From Phoronis australis (taxonomy: Eukaryota; Animalia; Phoronida): a stretch of 64,000 nt of DNA. The translations under genes and the position numbers were made by a program. Shown piece by piece: positions 12,477 to 23,927 of this stretch (its first letter is position 1; each line of letters starts with the position of its first letter). Location: NCBI GenBank assembly GCA_002633005.1, contig NMRA01000215.1, positions 72,690 to 136,689 of the forward strand, read 5' to 3'. The notes beneath the pieces are model-generated. The model saw only the letters and a list, made by a program, of their open reading frames with translations. It searched no databases and was not told the DNA's origin.

Positions 12477-13062
12477 AACAGAATTTCATTTAAAACTCTA
12501 TGCAGGCAAGTGGCATAACAAAAATATCTTTTTGTGTTTTACATGAGAGACTAAAATATAATAAAATTACTCTTATTGATTTAAATCAAAACAACTCTGA
12601 TACTGTCCATTATATGCACGGGCGGTGGACAAGGCGGACATTGCACATTTTTTTCAAAAAAGCCTCGGTTAGTAAACCTAGAGTTAAGAAACAATCGAAA
12701 TACGACATGCCATTTTTAAACAAAACGCTCATAGTTTCTTTATGAAAATTCGCCTCGTCTTGCTTAACTGATGCATGCGTCCCCCCTTCCCTCCCCCAAC
12801 TCAAGAGCTGGCCCCGCCGCCCACGATATGATATATAATGCAAGCAGTAACACGAAGCATTAATAAACGAAGATGTGTGAATAGTCACAAATTCAAATAA
12901 ACAAAAGTAACTGCCTGTCACGTGTTTCCATTATTCGCTTCTCTATATCCTAATCCCTCACGGAGGCCGCCATTTTGAAAAAATGGCAATCACGTGATTC
13001 CTGCTGTATGCTGATTTGTTATTTTTTACCAAACTGCACCAGACTAGTTATCAAATAATGTG

Positions 13063-13325
13063 CATGGACGCACCCAGGGGGATCGGGAGGCTCAAACAAG
13101 CCCCTCCCACTTGGTGAAGTGGGCAAAAAGGTCCGCCTCAGAGAAACAATAAGTCTGAAAAAGTAGAAAACGAGTCCACTAAAAAGACAAGAACTACCAA
13201 AATTCGACAAATGCACAATTCATAGCTCTGAACGTACCCCGTTTTTCGTTTTTTTTGTTTTTTATTAAAAGGTCCACATTCTTAAAAATTCGAGCCCCCC
13301 ATTTTTTAGGCTGGATGCGCGCATG
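13063..13325. mobile_element. MITE family B copy (TIR approx. CATGCGCGCACCCAG)
   Basis: catggacgcacccagggg ... ggctggatgcgcgcatg; colinear with 35479-35752; partial copy at ~19040-19170. Confidence 0.75.
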
Positions 13326-14209
13326 ACTGTGCACGACCAACAATCACCAAACTTCGGCAAGCTAGTTTTATCGTGTTTGGCAACCCGTCCACACTGGAAA
13401 ACTTTTGTTTGCAAACAATACCAAATTAGAGTTGGCTGTTTTGGCTCGATTTTGCAAACCCAGTTTGCCTATGTAGACCGCGCTATATATCACGCATCAC
13501 CTGAATTAGTTCAGCGAAAAAATATGAGACAAGGTATAAATCCGAGTACGAGCATGGCAGCAGTCATCAGAATAAACACGCTACGAACTTTGAACTTAGG
13601 TACTCATAGATTTGTCCCGTTTTACCACACAATCCCGCAAATAAGGCTTGCTCGTAATTGAGTATGGCCTCATATCCTCATACAAGGCCATGGCGTAATA
13701 TTCGGGATCGATGCATTTCTAAATGTCCCCAAATGTTTTTTCGCTTACAAGGCCATATAGCCTAACTTTGCAACACGTGTATTGTTTTTTATCCATCACG
13801 TGATCACGGAAAGGTTTCAGCCAACTAGTGTTCCATTAATTCTATATTTTTACTTATCAAGGTTTTCACGGTCAGGTTTTAGTCAATCAGTATGTTCTTA
13901 ACATCAAAGGATGGTTGGCAGAAATCACTAGAAAAATAACGACTGGTCTTATATCCAGCATGACCTTTTGTTCGGGGTATTTGTAAATGTTGCAAAATAT
14001 AAATAAATTATTTTGGCTACAAAGCCATGGTCTTGTACGGTACGAAGAATCCATGTACATAAGATAAACCAAGCAAAGCACAGAAACTGTGAAAATCGTC
14101 ATTCGATCACCAGAGCCGGATGCAGTCCACCCTAAAGAAGTTGTAATTAAAATTTTGAATTAAAGAATAACTTTCCATTGAAAAATTGAAATATATAATT
14201 TTTATATAC

Positions 14210-14614
14210 CTGGCCATGGATTCTTCCAAATGTTTCTGTCGGGCGACATTAACTCCGAGAAATATCGTAGGAATATATACAACAAGTTAATGTCTAGATC
14301 TTTCGTTGAGATATCCGATTTCGGTCTGCCCAGCCATTCTCCGGCAGAGTCCTTGTCGCCTGGCTTATTGTTCGGGTACAGTAGATTTCTATGCTCTTCT
14401 GTCCAAATATCTAATCCCCCGAGAGTTCTCTTAATTTGAGACTCGTCGAGAATTTCCGAGAACGGTCTGGCGCGGCCATATTGCTTTTGGAGTCGTTTTT
14501 GCAGAAAGTCTTGGAGCGCCTCTCTCCCCTTGACTATGACAAGAACACAGAGACGGATATACCGTACGTGGTCCTCACGATATTCTGTCAAGACCATGTC
14601 GATATCAGATTGGG
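14210..14614 (-). CDS. DZIP3-type HEPN-domain protein, upstream coding exon (first in-frame ATG at 14597)
   Basis: ttttgcag acceptor, CCAG|gtatat donor phase 1 joins in frame to 11537; YIRLCVLVIVKGREALQDF..., LLYP, DLDINLLYIFLR, WKNP are HEPN_DZIP3 N-half motifs. Confidence 0.85.
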
Positions 14615-15912
14615 CTGCAAAAAACAACCAAAATTAGAAGAGGACACAAATACAACTTGAGAAATGGACACATAGGCTACTCGTCAGATTTTGTTAAGTT
14701 TTATCACTTCAAGCACTTATGAAAACTTAAAGCTCGTCCTTTTGTCCTATATGCTTTCGGAACTACGGCATTGACATGCAACTTCACATTATAAATGTCG
14801 CAGATAGCGAAGACATTGTCTCATCATCGGGGAACCAGAAAATGCATTCTAGTTAAAACAAGTTAATTCGTTTTTAACGAAGTAACGGATCGATGGAGGT
14901 CCACTATGCCTCAGTGGGCAAGTGTAAGAGTAATCAGCCTATTTCAAAGTTGCGGCACCAATGATAGTCAGTGTGGTTGTACTATAAAAAAGCAAAAGTC
15001 TGGTCGGAAAAGTTAGTTATCAAATGTTGCCATTTCTCGAAGCTTCCGCCAACATGAATGAGGAGCATGCTCGCAACGGAGTCGGTCGGAAAACTACAAG
15101 AAATTACATCTTTCAAACGAACCAGTGGTATATTCTTATGTAATTTTTACAGGGAGAGGATAACAAAGTCTGTTTTGAGTTTAAAAAACGGTAACACTAA
15201 AAGTGTTCTGATTTGGTCCCATTGCTTTTCCATAGTGCATGTCACTCATGGCAAAAAACGTGATGAAAAGTAAAATATATACCGGTAAAATGCATAAAAC
15301 AAAAACCTGGTCTTATTTTATTTGTTAAATTTGAAAGAGTGTGGTTCATACATATAGCAATCTACGCTGTGCAGACGCTTACACGATGCAGAATATGCGT
15401 TGAATGTGATAAACGATAGTTGCACTGAGAACCATGAAATTAATCGGTCGTTTTTCGTAAATTGGACAGTTTTTCAATTTTTTGCCTTTGAACATAATTA
15501 AGTTAGCACGCGGCAGGTTACTGGCCTACAGTTCGTTTGAAGTATTATCTTCATCTTAAGTTGATGAGGCAAATGCCTAAAGTGCGTTGCTTGTCGTCAC
15601 TTATTCGCCAGTACATTTATACATGTTGTGGACCAAATTCGTCATTTTAGCATCAAAAAGAACATTAAAATTCTATTTAACGTTGACCTCAAACAGTCCA
15701 TCAGACTAAATCAAACTTTTAGTGCAATATAAGTAATGATAAATTGTCAAATAAAAGGGTATTCAGCGTCAGAAGTTCAGCATGAACACGAAATCTTCGC
15801 GTCATTAGTTTTAGTAAGTCATTACTCACAGTAATACGTTGAAGCCATGACGGATAAAGATGAGAAGATAAGACAGAAAGCCCAAACACCGGTGTAAAAA
15901 CGCATCTGCTTT

Positions 15913-16068
15913 CAGTGCTGTAGTGGGGCGTAGGCGCACGTAGGCGCAGCCAACCACCTTTTGGCATTTGAACGTAGCGCCTACGCACCGTAAGTTACGT
16001 TCAGGGCTCAAGGTGATACGGTAGGCTTTGGGCGCCTACTTACCTCTAATTTTACCACTACAGCACTG
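15913..16068. mobile_element. 156-bp hAT-like MITE
   Basis: Perfect 14-bp TIR CAGTGCTGTAGTGG / CCACTACAGCACTG, internal GTAGGCGC/GCGCCTAC repeats, degenerate flanking duplication (atctgctt / atcagctc). Confidence 0.8.
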
Positions 16069-19000
16069 ATCAGCTCGATGTGTTGTCGAGTGCCACACTT
16101 CCTTAATTTTTACGAAAACCAACCACGGACAACACTGTTGATAAATAAGAGAACGTCCTACTTAAAATAACACTGGGGGTGGATCATGAATTCACCTTCA
16201 ACGACTTAATATTTGCGACATACCCAAGGAAATCTGTAACTAACTGCAGCAACCACGTCTTTCAATCCTGTTGTTACGAGAAAGAACGACTTAATCCGAG
16301 ACACATGGGATATAAAAGTGATATCATTCCGAACCAGAGTATGAAAAAATCGATTGAATGCGTGTATAAACAGCACGAACAGTCGTAGTGAAAGCAATTA
16401 CTGAGTGGACAATGATAAATCAATTCTGAGCATGTTGTTTTTGTAAAGGTTTCTTAGTTATGATTCTTCGCTTCTCAGCTTCATACAGGCAACACACGTT
16501 TGTAACCCTTACCTGGTAACCTAACTCGTTTCCGAGACAATCGCTTCTTTAACTAACTCCTCAAACCTGCACTGAACTAAACTTAAACACTAAACCAACT
16601 TTTAGTTAATGTAAACTCACCCGGTTTACTGACAGCAACTTTCCTGTGTGGAACACGATTCTAAATGAAACTTTACCTCACAGTTGACATTAAAAGGTTT
16701 ACTTGCGATTTGTAAGCAAAATATTAGCACCTGTGTGGTACGCGGAGTAGTTTTTTCTCGTTTACAGGCGACCGCGTGCCTTCTTAGTTGAGAGAAAAAA
16801 TTCAACGTGTTTTCGTAAGGTCTGGTTTCATTTACCAAAAGCTATTATAAGGATACAGGTCTTGATCAGTTTAACTGTTACATTGTACCAGATGCTTTTA
16901 AATTAGTTTTGCAGATCATTAAGCTTTCTTCATGTACTATACTGAATACATGTTTTGGATCGCGAGAACAATAAAATCGAAACTAAAATCTTTTGTTTTC
17001 GATTTTCCGCTATGAAAATATCATCTCTTTTTGTCCACCTAGGTAACTAACATGTTGTTTTGCTGTTCAACAATTTTATATTTAACTTTGAATGGGGTAT
17101 CATGTACTGTCTCTTTCGTATATCGAATACCAGTGGCTATCCGCTTTCCGTCACAGAAGGAAGTTGTTGATTAAAATGGCCTCACCATCTTCCTCACTCA
17201 AATAAAAGCATGATTTCTTGTCTTGCAAAGAGTTGACAGTTCACTGCTTCTCAAAATTATGCCCAGTGCATAAAGTGACACGCCGTCACGACAAGCTAAC
17301 TGGCAGGGCTTGGTCTCCAGCAATAGAAACGTCAATTCCTTCAATGCTCTGAAATACCCTCTTCGCAGATAAGCCAATACGTCATCAAACACCGGCACAA
17401 TAAATCGTTACAAATGATAAACGATAAATCTAATCCAAAACGTCTTCAGTACCAAAGGAACCGGGCACAGCCACGAGAACAGATCCCTACCTTACTCTGC
17501 GTGGTTGTAAAACGGAGCGGATCACAAGAACAACGAAGTTGCTAGATGACGACAACGTTAGTCGTAATCCCGGCAAACATTGGAGAGTGTTTGCTTCGCG
17601 AATTTGTCCAGGAATTTCAAAACGGTTTATTGAGTAACAGCTATTCGACAACTTCTAAATAGCAACGACCAAAACGAAACACTTCAATCTGACAGCTCTT
17701 TAAACACGACTTCATCCACCGAAGTAAATGATTTAATCTTGCTCGCAGTGTACCCGACTGAGTTACTCCACCACTTTTTGACGGGTTGCAGCTGGAAAAT
17801 TGGGTTACCCATTTTTAGAGGTTTGTTTCGATAGCACAATCTTCATGTATGGGTTCTCATCCTTACAAAAGCTATCCTTTGTTGAATTTTAATCAAATAA
17901 GCAACCTTTTGGTTTGTAGAACATAGAACGTGAAACCTTTCATTGGGAATTTTTGCTGTGAAATGGACCTTATGTAAGTGAACTTTATGTAGAGAATTAA
18001 ATCTGAAAAGGCATCTTTTGGTAACGAGGTCGTGAAACTCACAGCACGCCCATACTTTCAATGCACAACTGACCACCTGTATACATAGGCGGACACGACC
18101 AAAATAGAAAATACCTCGTAGGCATGCCATTATAGGGCATTTTTTTATAGCCAAATATATCCATAACTATAGATCTTAACTCATTAGAGGTATCAATTAA
18201 CAATAGCATGACCAAGTTTCGTTTGCTATGAATGTTCAAAGAGGCTGTTACAGGTTTTTAAGTTACCATTTAGTTTTCGTTTTACGCTGAGCAGCTTTTG
18301 ATTTTTCATGCAAATCCTCTAAGTCCTATTTCGTATAGCTCTGTTGCCAAAATGGAGCAATTAGCACAATTCCTAATAGCGTTTTGGAGAACAGTGCAAA
18401 AATCATTGCGAGATACGATGTCCCTAAGTTTTCCAAATGTGGATATTTTTCTAGGATCCCTTAAGACATCCTTGATCCGCCACTGACGTAAGTACCCCCA
18501 CCCTGTACCAGCTGACGCTGACGCCTCGTTTCTATTTGACTACTATTAGGACCAAGTTTGCATTCCGTAACCATTGTCATATCTAACGTTTTTCGTGAGA
18601 GTCCCTTGTTGGCGAGGGTTTGGTGGTTCGTAGCAGTTATCCTCCACCGTGCTAATGTAAATATTATGTAAAATGAAATACGGATTTCCCCGAAGAGTGG
18701 TCTGCATGCCATTAACGATATATTTGTACGGAGGATATCGCCAATGATTCTCAAAGGGGGTTAGAACTCCATTTAAATTGATCCCTCTCCTGAAGTTCGA
18801 TAACCCCACATTCGCAACTGACTATCACGTGAAGTGTTCAATGTTTCGTATGACCCCAGAAAATTGGCTAACGTGTGACGTCGTAACTTAGAAATTTCTG
18901 GTCGGATTCATATGAAATTTTCTCATACTATGCTTTAGGCGCTGTTCTCCAAAATTCTGATAAGAATTGCTTTTGCAATATTCCACTTTTACATGAGGGG

Positions 19001-19845
19001 CTTTCAAAATAGGACTTCTGTGACTTCTGAGACAAAAATTTACTAAAAAGACAAGGTACTACCAAAATTCGGCGAATACACAATTCATAGTGCCCCGTGA
19101 ATCTTAGTAAAAGGTCCACACTCTCAAAAATTCGAGCCGTCCCCCATTTTTATGCTGTGTGCGCGCATGACGTCATTGATCATTGTCTGTGTGCAGCTTT
19201 CTTGTTTTGCTACATTTTACTCAACGACATGGCCACGTGACCCAGTTAATGTCAGATTGGTATAAAAGTCAAAGGTCAAATTCTACAGGGCTTTCTTACT
19301 TTCCGAAAATATATAATCTTACTGGGTTAAAAGCTATAGGTTCACATTTCACAAATACAAAGCAGTCAATTTTTTCACTCGGCAATTTCACAAACTACTC
19401 AAACGTTCTCGCTAACAGCGTTCTCATCTCAGAAGCTATATTTTTTCTCACGCACCGTCCTTTTCTTATGACAATTCCTCATACCAAAGTTCGTTCTTGT
19501 GAGTAGCGTTTTCTTTTCACACACATAATTCTGGTGCCTGAGAGAATAAAAACCCCACTCAAATACAGAGTTCGGTGCAGTTAGTGTTAGACTTATTTTG
19601 GAAGCAAATACTGTATGTCATCATTGTAACTCAAAAGTAAACCTTGAAATTTTAAAATTACATTCCGTTTATTTTCAAAAATGACAACTATAATAACTAA
19701 TAACTAAAATTCGTTGTATTGGGTTTTAGCTAAAAGCGAAAAGAACACCAGTTTTTTTAAATTAGTTTGTAAAAAAATATTGTGGACACTAGCACTACAA
19801 AAATTGAAAAAAAAAATAATCAGCTAGTTTGTACAAGCTAGTGTT

Positions 19846-20181
19846 TTAAAGGGACATTGTCGGTTTCAAGGCCAAAAAGAAAGAGTGTTGTTAGATGGGA
19901 TAATCATCTTAAAATTATTGGCTTTGACCAGAGCTATAAAGCAATAAAATCCGTTGTGTTTTTGTGGTTTTATTAAAATCCTTACTCTTGCCGATGTCTG
20001 CCTGGCAGTCGTTGAAATCAAGGCCGGTGCCTTATCAGTTAAAAACGCTATACCCTGCCATTGATCCAGTAGGATTTAACTCCGCCAGCAGTGAGTTTTT
20101 CGACGATCGCGGGAGTTGCAGATTCGAATCCGCGCTAGGACTGATCTCGGAAATCATTTTTCGCCGATAACGTCCCTTCAA
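19846..20181. mobile_element. TTAA-associated (Kolobok-like) MITE family C
   Basis: ttaaagggacattgtcgg ... ccgataacgtcccttcaa; core tgaccagagctataaa shared with ~21400, ~22105 and ~56105 (the last ends ccgataatgaccctttaa at 56305). Confidence 0.6.
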
Positions 20182-23030
20182 AGGGCGAGAAAGGTAACAA
20201 TCTGAAATGAGCCGCAGTGCGGAACCGATTCCTCTACCTCGTCCGCTCTACAGCTGTGCTAAGACCCCTCGCTAAATGGCAATGTGTTTTAAGCGCATTT
20301 AATTGGTAAATCCACCAGCCTTGATTTCATAAAAAAATACGATTTTGAAATTGACCTCAATTCGATCTTTTCTCAGAAGTGGATTTTGAAAAGCAGCGGC
20401 TAAACAATTTGCTTTTCAGGGAGGGTCATTTTATGCTCTGCGCATGCTTTTAAACCGTTCTTTCAAACCCAAAAACCAATTCCCAATTGAGTAAAGGAAT
20501 AAACAGAGATTTGTGTAAATGGCGCCGATGATAATGTAATCCACACTGGAGCATCCAAACTTATGTCTTCAATCAAGCAAATGTAAGACGTCCAACTACT
20601 GTACATCTGAATGCGGCGCTCCTATTAAATGAAATCGATCTGGTGGATAGAATGTAATGAATTGTGAATTATAACGTTTTATTATGGAAGTATACGAACA
20701 CTAAATGTATATGCGGGTAGATAGGTGAAGAGACCTCGAAGCAAGATGCAGGTTTCAGTTACCATAAGAACATGACAGGAAACTTCAAGTATGATGACAC
20801 CAGAGCCTTTATGAGACGTGGAATTAATCAGTTCCCCACAACTGAAACTTCGAACGTGTCGGAAGCGCGCGGACGCCAATAAACTCACCGGAGGCGTTGC
20901 AGCTGAAAACCTCAGGAACTTCATTCCTGTAGAAAAATGCCTCCGCGCAGTCAAAATTCAGATCAACACCATACCTCAATAGCCGGAGAAATGGGAACCC
21001 GAGTTGATGCTAAGTGATGAAAACCTGCAATCGAGACGGCACTTTCGGCCAAAACAGTAAAGACTAAAAACGTTTTTTATGATGGCGACGTTCACGAGAG
21101 TTTCTGACAAGTTCCGACAAACAGATCGCGAGGGAAGTTTAGACTGCTAATCGAAAACAAATAAGCCCAGATATAGATCATTATGCAATAGATGCACTAA
21201 CTATGTTTCAATGTTGTTGCAGTAACGCGGAGAGTTACACCTGAAATCCATGCAGGGACATTATTGAAAAAACGTTATTTTAGTTTATATTTTGTTGTAG
21301 CACCCTTTGTTTTGGTTCTTTAATAAGACGAGTGCAAAGGGCTCAGTTGGTTTTATCGGATTTCAGAGGTTATTTTGGGTAGAGTTGACTTCTTGGGGCC
21401 ATTAGCCTTGACCAGAGATATAAAACAGCATAACGTGTTGTGCTTTTAAAATTTTGCTATAAATCGCCGAATCCTAACCTAGCCTTCCAGTCGAAGTTAA
21501 CTGAAATCGAGGCGACGATCACATTAGTCGTTTCCATGCTGTGCACCAGGAGAATGGCCTGCGCGGGCGGTGCGTAATGGTGATCAAAGCCATTGTAGAA
21601 AGCTTATACGAGAGAAAGAGGCGAAGGGCTGAACAAAGCTTCTCGAATGATCTCAGTCAGTAGACGGCATAATTATACTAAACTTGCTTTCCTAATTGAC
21701 CAAATCCGCTTTGAAAATCCGGTACTGTTCTTTATGTATAGCAGTTTTTCTGGAAACAATCACTCACGAAGTTCCCGGAATTACGATGTGAGCCGGCGAA
21801 AACAGCATACCTGAAGGTCACGTGGTTTAACAGCGTGGGAAGTTAAGGATGACAGGCTTCCGAGATTTTTGCGAAAATAAAAGCAAAAGAACAAAACATT
21901 CACAAAAGAAAATCAAAATAATTTTGGCGAAAAAGCTGAGAACACTCGTTGAAATACTATTTGGGATTAATTCGTGTCATTCAGTTTAACTTACCGCATA
22001 TTATAATATTCAAACATCCTTTTAGATACAATCAGTTTCAAGGACCGAGAAACGCATTTTTGGTTTATTGTAGGGTAGAATTAATTTCATGAGAAGTGAT
22101 ATCTTTGATCAGAGCTACAAAATAAAATTGTGTTTCTGTGATTTTATTTGTAATTTCCGATTCCCGACGTTGACTTCCGTTTCAATTCGGAAAAAAGTAA
22201 CTAAAATCGGATCAATAGGCTTAAAATACTCTTTTACTTGTCCTATGGATTTTTAACTCCATTATAACAAAGTGTTGGCCTGCTACCGCTGTGGTGGGGT
22301 TTCTAATCTGATGTCTAATACACAACATTGTCCTGTCACTCAAACATTACTAATTAGGTTTACACGTGATAATACCAAGGACTGAATGGAGTTCATTGAT
22401 TGGAAGATTCCCCGCAACATGAATATGTATGACTTTAGTGTAAAGTCTGGCGCGTATTTAGTCAGATATCTATAACTATAGAGTTAAAGCATGTAGATTT
22501 TTATTTTTAACTTTTTACCAATCACTTATGAGTGTTATGCGACTATGTATCTTTAGTATATTAAGCGAAAAGAAAGGCACATTAATAGTAAAACAACGGT
22601 ACCTAATTTTTATTGATGTTCAAGGAGAGACCTCAAAACTATTACAGATTTCTAAAATATCGTTTGGTTTTTGTTTAATACAACTTTACGGTTTCTTCAA
22701 GAAAATCACACAAGTTCTACTTTTGATAGCACCTCATGTATGAGTGGAACACTTAAAAAAACAATTTCTACAAGCGTTTTAGAGAACAGTGCATCTGAAC
22801 GTTTTGAACTTTCAGATGAATCCAAGTAGCCGTTTCTGGGATATGATGTTTCGAAGTTCGAAATTTCGTTTCTTAGGGTTTTACATAACCTCTAGGCATG
22901 TCACAATGCAAGCAGCGGATAAATACTGTTTGAAGAGAGACAAAACAAGTATCTATTTTGTGTAATAAAATAACTTAAGAATGCCAGTGTGACGAAACTG
23001 TAGACAAACCGAGGCTATTAGTGAAGGCGA

Positions 23031-23927
23031 AGGCAACCTTTTTTTCATGTCATTTTTAGCAAAAATTAGGTTTGTTGATTATCCCAGGCATATTTTTCAT
23101 TCAATTACAGCTTTTTGTAATTTAAACAATTACTCGTCCTTGACTCCGGAAGTGACGTTGTGGGAGGCAAGTATTTCGTGCCAGTTTCTCTTCATATAGT
23201 CTTACTGTGAGAGCTGCCGAGTCAGTCATTGTTCTACCTCTGTTGTGATTAGTTTGGTCGTCGTTTGCTTTTGTTTACTAGTCAGTCAACATGCCACACT
23301 GTTGCTGCGTACCGAGATGTACTCATTATCGTCTCACGGACAGAGGAACAATATTGTTCCACTTGCTCGAGTGTCCCGCGACACACTCCCACTGGATAGT
23401 GACCTGAGCACACAAACTGCTTACACCACGCCGTGTGACTCCCTCGCCACACACCTGGCACCTTCTAAATAGCTCCATTACTTTAGTAAAGTCCTCAAAA
23501 AACTTATCAAAATTTGGTTCACCGATCTATTCATTGGACGACGAAGTGTCTTAGTCACTGGGTGTCGAAAGGAGCCAGTATTCACTCCCTCTACACAACA
23601 TCGCAACAGGGCTGCTTACAGGCTCTGGGCAATAATGAGTACATCCCGGTACACAGCAACAGTATGGCATGTTGACTGACTCGTAAACAAAAGCAAGCGA
23701 TGACCGAACTTGCCACAGCCGAGGTATAACAATAACTGACTCGACAGCTCTCACAGCCACACTACATGAAAATAAATTGGCGCGAAATTCTTGCCTCCCA
23801 AAACGTCACTTCCGAGGTAAAGGACGAATAATTAATTAAATTACGAAAAGCTGCAATCAAGTGAAAAATATGTCTGTGATAAAAAAGAACCTTATTTTTG
23901 CTAAAAATGACATGAAAAAGGTTGCCT
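23031..23927. mobile_element. Fold-back DNA element with ~300-bp inverted arms, each carrying a THAP-domain start
   Basis: Arms 23031-~23328 and ~23633-23927 are reverse complements; + ATG 23291 MPHCCCVPRCTHY..ILFH..W; - ATG 23670 MPYCCCVPGCTHY. Confidence 0.85.
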
